In this document: piece by piece, positions 25,534-37,300 of the stretch | How positions within the stretch are numbered: the first letter of the stretch is position 1 | Layout: every line of letters starts with the position of its first letter | Origin: Prorocentrum cordatum | Lineage: Eukaryota | Length of the DNA: 55,745 nt | Direction of reading: 5' to 3' | Assembly (NCBI GenBank): GCA_963575745.1 | Contig: CAUYUJ010000138.1 | Coordinates: forward strand, 62,001-117,745 | The notes under the pieces: generated by a model | The model's input: only the letters and a program-made list of their open reading frames with translations | Told to the model about the DNA's origin: nothing | Database searches by the model: none | Position numbers and translations under genes: made by a program

Positions 25534-26206
25534 GTATGTATGTATGTATGTATGTATGTATGTATGTATGTATGGATGCATGCATGTATTTATGTATGTA
25601 TGTATGTATGTATGTATGTATGTATGTATGTATGTGTGTATGTGTATATATATATGTATATATATGTGTGTGGTCGCCCCACCCCATAAATACACCTTCT
25701 GGTGGGAACTGGCATGAACGTTCAAGTTGTCTGTCCCTCCTCGCTATATCCTTCCCCCTTACCTCGCCTGAGTGGTCCTCGCCCCGCCTTCGCCTGAGAG
25801 CCTCCCATACCTGGCCAGGCGTTGTGTGTTCTAGTTGACCTGGTCTCGGAGCTCAGGAAGTCCAGCCAGGTGTTGGTACTTCTGGTAGCTCACAAAAGCT
25901 GGCCAGACGTTGATAATTGTTTTTGTTGTCTGATCTGGTGGCTCGCAAAACCTGGCCAGCCGTGTTGCTTTGGTTATCTTGTCTTGGGGCTCGCAAAACC
26001 CGGCCAGGCGTTGGTTCTTCTGGTTGTACTAGCCTCGGGGCTCTCGAAACCTGGCCGGGCGTTGGTTGTTATATTGGTTTCCTGGTCTGGGGGCCCACAA
26101 CACCTGGCCTGGCGTCCTTTCGTTTGTGTTTCTGGTCTGGTGGCTGGCAAAACCTGGTCAGTTGTTTTTTGTATGTGAGTATGTCTGTATATATATATAT
26201 ATATAT

Positions 26207-26257
<51 letters not shown>

Positions 26258-29200
26258 TCTGGTCTCGGAGCGAACAAAGACTGGCCAGGCGTTGGTTTGA
26301 TGTGTCTGGTCTGGCGGCAATGGTTTACCAACCCCCAGCCTTCAGGCCAAGTTTCGCGAGCCCCCGGGCAAAAAATAAACATAACAAAACCAACACCTGG
26401 CCAGGTCCTGTGAGCCCCCAGACTACGAAAACCAAACAAACCAATGCCTGGCCAGGCTTCGTGAGCACCGTGGCAAACAAAAAAAAAACGCCTGGCCAGG
26501 TTTCGTGAGCCTCAAGACGAGAGAAACCTGGCCAGGTTCCGCGAGCCACCAGGCCAGAGAAAAAAGAAACAACACCGCCTGGCCAGGCTTCGTAAGCCCC
26601 GAGACAACCAACATCAGAGCAAAAAACAACGCCTGGCCAGTTTTCGTGAGCCCCAAACAAAAAAAACGCCTGACCAGGTTTTGCGAGCCCTAAGACCAGA
26701 AACCATACGAAAAACACAACGCCTTGTAAGCTTTTGTGAGTCACAAATATAAAAACCACCCCCTGGCCAGGTTTCACGGACTACCATAAGTACCAGCCCT
26801 GGGCTTCCTAAGCTCCGAGGCTAGACCAACCAGAGCAAACAACGCCTGGCAAGGCATGGGAGAACCAACGCCTGGCCAGGTCTCGTGAGCTCCAAGACCA
26901 GGAGAAACAGAAAGAAACAAAACAACCAAAACAAACACAAAAACGCCTGGCAAGGTTTCCTGCACCACCACACCAGAAAACAAACGTCTGGCAATGCTTC
27001 CGGAGCTCCATGACCAGAAAAGCAAAAAAACAACGCCTGGCAAAGTTTCGTGGGCTCTTCGTGGGCTCCCATACCAAAACAACCACTGCCTGGCCAGGTA
27101 CCGTGGGCCACCGGATTTGAAACGAAAGCGGCCCAATCAATAGACATGCCTTACACACTTCTGTTCTACTCTGCTCCGCTCCCCTCTACTCAACTCTGAT
27201 TTCCTCTGTAGTGTTTGCCCACTATTCTGTTGAACTGCAACGGCTACTCAACTTCGCTCTGTTCTACTCTACTCGGCCCGCTCCCCCTCCCAAGTCGGTA
27301 TCCAAGCGCTCTGCTCTTCCCCTGCCCTGCCCCTGCTCGACTCTCTGCTCGACTAGCCCCCTATGTATTAGACGTTATGCTGTCCTCTCTCATATCTACT
27401 CTCCGTTCTCTAGACTGCACCCTCGCTACTCTCTGCTCTACCCCATGCTTTGTTCGCTGAGCAACTTAACGTTCTACTCGACCTTCTACTAAGATACATA
27501 CTGTAATATAGCATAGAAGGTGGAGTAGAGCAGAGACCCGAACATAATAATATAGCTGAAACAATATTTGAGAGTAACGATTGGAACGAATATGATGGAT
27601 ACAGAGTCGATTGGAACAGTAGTTCAAGGTAGAGCAGAGGTTCAGATGGAGCAGAATGAGGGAACACAGTAGAGGTTATAGCATGACAGGGGTAGAGAAA
27701 TCAGGGTGAAGAGTAGGCCATCTGATAGAGATTATGACACATAGTATGTGCAGAGCGTGGACAGCAGAGCGAGGTAGCTGCGGAGAGAATATCAAAGGGC
27801 GCGCAGGAGGGAGAGGAGTATGTGATAGGGTAGCAATAGAATGTGCAATTGCACTGTATTTAAAAAATGTGATACGGTGGAGTAGAGGACACAGTATAAC
27901 AGTATAACCTACTCGCGATAATAGAGAATGGAGCAAAGTAAATGGCGCAGTAGAAGGCCGAGAGCTTGATATAGAGTCCACGCGCGGGACAACCATCGGG
28001 TCGGGCGAAAGAGGGGGATAGCAAAGGGGGGGGTTGAGAATCAGCTCACGTAGCTGATTTTCCTGGCGCCTCCTGGCGCCGGAGGCGACTATGTATCGAG
28101 GAATGGGCCCCTCGGTGGGGCCGAAACCAGCTGCATGCAGCAAATTTCGTAACCCCTCCTTTCCCAATCCCCCCCTCTCGTCCAGCCCGAAACCATGGTC
28201 AGATGGGAATTCAACGGGAATGGATCAGACCCCATGTTCATATGACATCCAGAGACTTGACGAAGGCCCACATAAGATTCCAACGGGAATAAACCAGACC
28301 CAAATTCATATGATCTCAACAACATGCGTGAAGGGTCCAGAAAAGATTTCACACAGTCGCCACCCGCCGTGTGGGCCTGGGTCTTGGTCAGGCCGCTATG
28401 CTTTTGCCGTCGGCGCCCCGTCGCCGCGTTGTCTGGGCCTGCGGGCCGGTCTGGCGGCTATGTTTTCGCCGTCGCCGCCTCGCCGCCTCGCATAGAACGC
28501 ACCGCGAAAATTGCACCACGCAGATGGCACCACATAGATTGCACGACGCCGATCGAACCCCATATACTGCACCACGCGGGCTGCACTGGTTGTAGGACCA
28601 CGCACATTGCACCGCACATGCTGCTCAGCATGAGTTGCGAAACGCGTATTGCACCACATAAGCTGCACCATACATCAGACAGGAGGCCACATGCGAACCC
28701 GACCCCACCCCCCCCTTTAGAAATCGTGAGGAAGTGGGGTGGGGTTCGCATGGGGCCTCCTATCAGAGTACGGGGGGCGAACGGTCATTCACTGTCCCTG
28801 GGTGCGTGGCTGAAGTAGGATTTCGCGATGCGGGTTCCTGAAGAATGATAATTGTTGGTCCTCCCTCCGGTGACCGTTGTTGTTTCAATGGAAGTGCTTC
28901 CCGTTGGGCTCGCACCCTGTTGTTGTTTCATGAAAATAATTCGGTTCAACCTGCTTTGTTGGCCCCCGGATTATGACAACAACAGCTCCCGCATGGGACT
29001 TCCTCACAATTTAGCCAGGACCCCCGCTCCCGCCAGAGACTTCCTCGTAATTTACTCAGGAATCGAGCTCTCGCTTGGGACTTCTTTGAATTGTATAATG
29101 GAATCGCTTTGTCGGCGCTCTGGAGTCGCGCTCTCGCTGGAGACTTGCTTGCAACTTACTCAAGAATCGGGCTCTTGCGTTGGAGCCCCCTACAATTTAC

Positions 29201-30155
29201 TCAAGCGCCAGGCTCCTGACACTCAGGCACCCAGGAGCCGCGCTCACGCATAGGACTCCCTCACGGTTTACTTAGGAATCGGGATCTCGCTGCCCTTCGT
29301 GGCCCCGTTGCAGCCCTTCGTGGCCCCCTCGCTGCCCTCCGTGGACCCGTTGCAGCCCTTCGTGGCCCCCTCGCTGCCCTCCGTGGCCCCGTTGCAGCCC
29401 TTCGTGGCCCACTCTTTGCCCTTCGTGGCCCCCGTTGCAGCCCTTCGTGGCCCCCTCGCTGCCCTTCGTGGCCCCGTTGCAGCCCTTCGTTGCCCCCTCG
29501 CTGCCCTTCGTGGTCCCCTCGTTGCCTTTTGTGGCCCCCTCGCTGCAATTCGTGGCCCCGTTGCAGCCCTTCGTGGCCCCCTCGCTGCCATTCGCGGCCC
29601 TGTTGCACCCTGTCGTGGCCCCTTGGCTGCCTTTCGCTGCCCCGTTGCAGCCCTTCGTGGCCCCCTTGCTGCCCGTCCGTGGCCCCATATACGCATCCCT
29701 TCGTGGCCCCCGCTCGTTCGCGCCCTTCGTGGCCCCATATGCATGCGCTTCGTGTTCCTGCTGTCGTCCTTCGTGGCCCCCTCTCTGCCCTTCGTGGCAC
29801 CGTTGCTGCTCTCAGCGGCCCCGTTCTTGCCCTCTGCGGCCCAATATACGCATGCCATTCGTGGCCCCCGCTCGTTCGCGCCCGTCGTGGCCCTGACATG
29901 AATGCCGTTCGTGGCCCCGCTATCACCTTTTGCGGCCCCCTCGCTGTCCGACGCGTCCCCGTTGCTACCCTCAGTGGCCCCGTCGTTGTCCTCTGTGGCC
30001 CCGCATCATCTGCCCTTCGTGGCCCGCGGTCGTTCGGGCCCTTCGCGGCCCCATACGCATGACAATCGTGGCCCCGCTGCCGCCCTTCGTGGCCCCCCTC
30101 CTGCCCTTCTTGGCCCCGCTGTCGCTCGCGCTCTCGCTCTCGCTCTCGTTTTCGC

Positions 30156-30192
<37 letters not shown>

Positions 30193-30436
30193 CGTCGTCG
30201 TCGTCGCCGTCGTCGTCGGTCCCCTGTCCGTCCTGCTTGGGGTCGGGTTGCCGCCGATCAACGCTGCCGCTGGCCAAGCCGACGGTCCGCGGACGCCCCG
30301 CCGCTCGCTTGCCGGGGCCCGGCCTGCAGGGAAGAAAAAAATACCCCCCCACCCACCCAAAGGGCTACGATCGAAGTCGAGGAGGGCGGGTATCGAGAGT
30401 TCGGGTTGTTGTTGTTGTTGTTGCTGCTGCTGCTGC

Positions 30437-30527
<91 letters not shown>

Positions 30528-31251
30528 ATGTGTTGTGGTGTTGTTATACGTTGATGGTGTTGTTGTTGTTGTGGTTGGTGTTGTTGCTGATGCTGTTGCT
30601 GTTGCTGGTGCTGTTGCTGTGGTTGCTGCTGGGCCAGAGGAGGAGGGAGAGGCAGAGGCGGGGGCGAGGGAGAGGGAGGGAGAGGGAGGGAGGGGAGAGG
30701 GAGAGGGAGGGAGAGGGAGGGAGAGGGAGAGAGGGAGAGGGAGAGAGGGAGAGGGAGGGAGAGGGGCGAGGGAGAGGGAGGGAGAGGGAGGGAGAGGGAG
30801 GGAGGGGAGAGGCGGGGGAGAGAGCCACACCTCTGCCGGAGCGTGATCCGGCCAGGGCCTCGCCGCGAACCCAGAGGCGGCGACGGGGCCCGATGGCCAG
30901 AGGGCCAGAAACAGGTTCCCCCCCCCTCCTCGTCGTCCTTGCCCTCCTCGTACTCTCCCTCCTCCTCCTCCTCATCATCACCAGCATCATCAGCATCAGC
31001 ATCAGCATCAGCATCGGCATCGTCATCATCATCAGCATCATCCTCATCAGCATCAACATCAGCATCAGCAACAGCGTCATCATCAGGATCATCAGGATCA
31101 TCAGGATCATCATCATCATCATCATCATCAGCATCAGCATCAGCATCAACATCAGCGCATCATCATCATCATCAGCATCATCATCGTTATCATTATCATC
31201 ATCATCAGCATCATCATCATCGTCATCGTCGTCATCATCATCATGATCATG

Positions 31252-31310
<59 letters not shown>

Positions 31311-34300
31311 CATCATCATCATCATCAGCATCATCATCGTCATCATCATCATCATCATCATCGTCATCATCGTCATCCTCATCATCATCATCGTCATCAT
31401 CGTCATCCTCATCATCGTCCTTGCCTCCCCTTCATCCTTACCATCTTGCGTCTCATCCCATCTCGTCCGTACCCCATTCTCTCTTTTCTGCTCCCCTTCC
31501 CCCCCCAAGTCCTCCTCGCCTTCACCCCCTCATCCTCCTCCTCCTACTCCTGCCTCTTGAGCGTCGCCAGCTGGCGCTTGAAGGGGAGGAGGAGGAAGAG
31601 GGGCAGGGAGACAGGGAGAGGGAGGAGAGGAGGACGAAGGGAGATAGAGGGAGGGCGAGAGAGTGTGAGAGGAAGGGGGGGGGAGGGAGGGGGGTAGAGA
31701 GGATTGGTCATGCTAGGTGCGCTCGCGTCACATGTAACATCATGCCTCTCCCGTCCTTCCCTGCGCAGTGCGTTGAATCCTGTTCTACCCTCTGGCAAGG
31801 GTGGCCCTGTCCCTGTAGGACCTTGGTGCCCAAATACCAAATGGCAGTTGCAGAAAGTGGCCCGTCGTTTGCTGCTCCACCGGAGAGGGCTATGTCCCCA
31901 GGAAGGGGGAGGAGCAGCAGCAGGAGGCGGATGCGCAGGCGGAGGGGAGGAGGACCAGGAAGTAGAAGGAGAGAGAGAAGTTTGAGGATGAGGAGGAGCA
32001 GCAGGCGCAGGAGGAGCAGGAGGATCTGATCGGAAGGCTCGGTCCACCTCCTGTCACGGCCTGCGGTTCCAGATGGCGCCCCTGGTTCCTGAGTTGACTT
32101 ACTTGGATGCGGGTGGCCCAGTTTCTCTTATTATTTTTTCGTGGGCACCTCAATGGACCAATCCCCCAAGGCAGGCAAGAGGCAAGAGAAGCAGGAGGAT
32201 CAGGGGGAAGCTAAGGATGAAAAAGGAGGTGGCGACAACTGCGAGGAACGAATTGGGCATACAGATATGGCTGGCGCTGGGGCCAGAGCGCCAATCTGAA
32301 CGACGGGGGCGAAGCACCGAGCGTGCAACGTGGCCATCGCTGCAGCGGGAGCAGCATTCTTGAAGGACCGGGACCGTCTCAATCCGAACACATGCCAACA
32401 TTAGAAATCCAGGGTGCAACGGTGCAACAAGCAAAAACATTAAAAGAGGCGGGAGCACACGCGCGCTTTGTCAGGAGAGGAAGGGGAGGTGTAAGTATCA
32501 AGCTGAGTGCGCATGCGCCATATCTGACATCATGCATATCCCGCCTATCCATTCCCATTGCGCTGATGTCTGATGTTTCTTCCTCCTTTGGGGTGCCCTA
32601 GATGGCCATGAACTCCAATATGATCCTCACCGGGCGATGCGGCATCGGGAGGGGGGGGCTCTGTACATCCAGCAAGGAAGGGGAGGTGGCAGCTGAGCCA
32701 GAGGGAGAAACAAAAGGAAACCTAAAGGAAAAGATGGGCAGGAAGATGAATACGCTCCGAAGCCCCTTGGCGAGCAGGCAATGGAGCCAACGGGAGCTTC
32801 GTAAATGGGGCCAACGCTGCAGCGGGAACACAATCTTGCATGTCCAACGACACTCCAAAGCTGCATGGAGATCCAGAAATGAAGCCTACGCTGCAGCAGG
32901 GGTATATACCGCTTTGAATGACTGGAAACGCTCCGAAACCCAAGTGACTTTGAAGTGCGGTCAAGGCTACAGCGGGAGCACCATTACGAAGCACCCTAAG
33001 GCGTTCTGGCTAACAAGAACACGACAGATTGGAACCCAGCGCGTGAAAACAGTTCGCGGAAGAGGCCGCGCCACGAGAGGACAGCACCATGGGAAGAGTG
33101 AAGGGTAGCACTCATCGTGTCACTGTGAAGGAGGGGGGAAAAGGGAGAAAGGGAGGTAGGAGCAAAGGAAAGGACGACAACGAGAGAGGTGTATGAGGGG
33201 ATGGGATGCAGCTGAGGCCCGACAACAGAAAGAAACCTTCCACAAGAAACCCAACCCTGAGACCCCAAGGTGCCCCTTGTTTTTTGGTGTGGGAACGTTA
33301 CGCTTTCCATCGCAAGACCATCGAAATCTAAGAAACCAAGGGCACCCTGGAGGCAATCAGGGTGTTTCTTGGCATGGGCCTCCACTGTAGGAGGGAGGCG
33401 GGATCGTGGGGGCCAATGCCTCTTGCGCGTCGCCAGCTGGCGCTGGAAGGGGAGGAAGCAAGTGGGCGCCAGCGCGACGCCGATGGCCGCGATGGTCTGC
33501 AGGGACTGGTTGCCGAAAAACTTGGTCTCGTCGATCGCCGCGGCGGTGTCCGGATCACACCGGGGAAGAAGAGGGGGGGAGGTAGGAGGGGGAGGGAGGA
33601 TAAGGACGGCAAGGATAAACAAGGGGGAGGAGCAGAAGGTGCAGGAGGAGATGCTGAGCTATAGGGAAGGGGCAGAGGGAGTAGCAGCAGGAGGGAGGAG
33701 GAGGCAGGGAGAGTCGATCTATCTATCTACCGCGCAGCGCGGGGCTCTGCAGCTAGGCTGGCCCGCTGCACAACAGATCCGCCAACGTCGGGGAACCATG
33801 TGCCCGACTTGGGGGGCAAACTTCCTCGGAACCTGGACACACTGCCCGCCCTGTGTTCGATGGTGGTCCGCAATTCCACTTCAACGTGCGATGTGGCAAA
33901 ACCGTGCAGAAGCCGCCTCAGGACGTGCAATACAAAACTCCTCGTAGCATTGTGAAGTGATGGTTGGAGTCACACTGCTCCGCAAGAGTCCATCTGGCCG
34001 AGATCGTCCACGAGGGGCTCAGGGCTCAGGGTCACCATTCTGGCAAATTGCTCGTTTAATCAAAAGCTGGATCCGCTGCCGCATCACGCACCGAGGTTTG
34101 CAAGAGTCAGGCCAGAAATTGCAGCGATGGCCTTGGAATTTACAACTTGGCGCACGAACGGCAATGCAGACCAGCTTTGCTCTTGACGTGTTCATGGCCA
34201 CCATCGCGAAGACGGCACATCATCTCCCCGACAATGATGTGTTGGCTCTTGATTTGTCAGGGAAACCTCTTCCCCTCGAACCCGCGCACGGCAAAACAAA

Positions 34301-37300
34301 GCCTGACGGTGAATGGCAAGCAACCGATACAACACCTTGGAGGCCAGCCGATCAGCCTCTGCTGTCACAGCCGCATCTTCATCGGAGCCCTGCACTTTCG
34401 CGGCGGCGGCATTGGCAAACTGATCGGCGACGGCTTAGGTAAAACCCGGCATCAGGAAGCAACATGTGTCGGCTTGGGGCCTGGGTGGGGTGTCCCTTGG
34501 TCCAGATGACGTTCAATGAGCCTCCTCGGGCCCGCAAGGTACGATGGTACTCGGACCAGAGGTCCTGCATTTCACTCTTGGATCGTGCCTTCAAAAGCCG
34601 CCTAGCCCCTTGCACAACCTCACAGTACACGCGGCAGTGCCCCACCGTACCCTTAGCAACCTGAATGAGGGCACAACAACTCCGAACGAGGGCTAGTCTG
34701 ACGCTTGGTCGGGACGGACTCGCTGAGCACTACGTCTGACAAGCCAGTAGGACCGAAGTGGACAATCGGGCAACCGCAATGTCGGAGCCTCCAGTCCTTA
34801 GAATGCTTCCCCAAATCCGCCGGTCCCCCACACTCCCCCATCAATAATTCATCCTCTCCCTTCCAGTCGTCCCCACTCCCAGACACGCGCCTGCGGCAAA
34901 GGAAGCTGGCCACAGGAAGTGGCCTTCGGCGGAAGGCATCGAAACCACTGAACGACCTGATCGGGCACACCATGATTGCAATCGCACCGATATAATCGAT
35001 CGCTGGGGGCGTCATCCGATCCCCCACACCTACAGCACTCGCCGCTCTTCAGCGAGTGGTATCCTGCGGCCACAAGACGTTGCTCGGTCCAGTAGCCAGC
35101 AGGAATGACATTGCAAAGGGTCCCCGCTGCCTCCAGCCCCCTAGCCTTGCTCAACTTGTTGAGCACTCTCGTAACCACCGTGACAGCAGCTCCTTCTAGC
35201 CCTCTCCCTTACGTAATGCACGGAAGCCTGCTGCCAAGGCAGCGCGAAACAAATCTCAACCAACTGTTCCCGCAAGGCAGGAGGACCATGCTCATCCGCA
35301 ACGTAGAGGGTGGCGTCTGAAGAGCACCACGTCAAGGGAGAGATAGGTCCCAAGACAAGCCGAGCAAGACAGCAGTCTCGGCAGCAATGGGACCTCGAAC
35401 CACTGGCCACCAATATTTAACACCTTCGAACTTAGCTGTTGTTTTGGTCCACGCGCGACAATCAATCGTTGGCAGCTCCAATCAACCCGAGAATCGAAGT
35501 GGTGCAAGCCCTTGGGGCTCAGCACCGAGAACAAGTGGCCGCTTTGGACCGAGCAGTGAATCTGGGAGGGGGTAGGCCCGAGCACCTCGTGACCACAGGA
35601 ACCAGCCGCAAGCCCGCTGGGCACATACGACACCTTCTGGGCTTCATCATTGGCCGCTCGCTGCCTCTGCCTCATCGTGGACGTAGTCTCACCAGCCACA
35701 CGACTGCGAAGACCATAGCGGCAGACAAGAGATTAGCATCACGTTCCAGTAATACATCCGGATCTACATAAGCGCTCTTGCCAAATGTGATGGTGCATGC
35801 CTGCCCAAGACGGTCGGTCAGCCAGACCACTGCCAGCAGGATTTGGGATACCACCTCCTCAGCTCATCTCCTTCTGAGACCCCTTTCAGCGTCTGGGTAC
35901 TGTCATCAGCGAACGCCTTGATACGAAGTGGAAAGTAAACGCACATGCACGAAATCAAGCAACTCGTGAAGGTGGATCTTGACCCAAGGCACGGGTTGGG
36001 TGCAACCTGGAAGAACCCAAACCCGCGTGGAGATAAAATCCGACACGAAAACTCCGACCTCCCAAGACCGAAGGGGCCTCATGAACAAGGAGCCTCAAGT
36101 AAAACAATTTAACTGGGCACAACACATTCAAGGAGAACCCAGCCAGACGAAGAGGATCCACCGTATCAAAAGAAACTTGATCCGATCCCAAGAAAGACTT
36201 GTGAATTTCAAATCATTTGAGACAGCAGTCGCGTGACAAACCTCTTTCAATAGAGGGCGGCCTGCAACGCTGAGGACCCAGCGGTGTTCCAAAGATTCTC
36301 GCGCTTCGTGGACCCAGCATCGATATTTTGGCCCCTAGTCCTGCAGTAGCCACGGTACACACTGGCACACTTACATGCAGGCCGCTCCGCGTCGGCCGCT
36401 GCAGGGAGAAGCGCAACAATCCCAAACATGACCTGAGTAGGCAACACCATGTGTTGCTCGCACTGGTTGGATATAGATATCAGCATAGACCTCGACAGCA
36501 CCAGGGGGAAGGAGAAAGGGAAGTCGCGAGGCCCAGTGGTCTACCCCCACAGCCGCGTCCGTTTTTTAAAAATAGAAATCCTCAGCACGTCCCCAGGGCC
36601 GATGGGCTCCAGGACAACAGAGACCTCCAGAGCCTTGCTCCTCAACACGTCCAACATCCCAGAAAGAGCCAACCCTTCATCCTCCGAAGGCTCCCAGAAT
36701 TCCCTTCCTTACTGACCACAGTGCTGCATGATTTCTTCTGGCAGTTGCTGGGCATCGTGAGGCGTGACAAGTTGCTCGAGGACAGCACTTGGGTCGTATC
36801 TAAGTCTGGAGTGCACACACTTAGCACCTCGCGGAGAGGCAGGAAGAAAACACTGCGTCAAGTAGGCCTTTGACAGACTGCGATCGAGCGGAATGCCAAG
36901 CCTTAGAGGGAGGGACGGGGAGGGAGGGAGGGAGGGAGAGGTAGAGGGAGATGGAGAGCGAGAGATAGAGAGAGAGAGAGAAAGAAAGAGGGAGAACCAG
37001 AGAGCGAGAGAGAGAAAGAGAGAGAGAAGAAGCGCACGCAGCTGTCGAGGAGGAGGGATGAAAGAGGAGACGGGGAGTGGGAGATGAGGAGATGGGGGAG
37101 AGGGAAGAGGAGGAGGAGGAGGAGGAGGAGGAGGAGGAGGACGCGTGGGAGGAGAAGGGGGAGACGACGGAGGAGGAACAGTAGCAGGCGGAGCAGGGCA
37201 AGCAGGTGCAACGAAAGCCTGAGGCAGAAGGACAAAGGAGGCAGGCGCGCCAGCGGATCAGGCTCAGTGCCGCATACCCGAGCCAGAAGTTCAGGCTGGC

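Noticed and set aside
25803..27107. CRISPR-like look: a palindromic repeat with variable spacers
   Set aside because: Repeats are degenerate, spacers are low-complexity and similar to each other, orientation inverts midway, there are no cas genes, and the context is eukaryotic.
10433..33419. Two adjacent introns of nearly equal length (11,487 and 11,439 nt)
   Set aside because: Their contents are unrelated; treated as coincidence.
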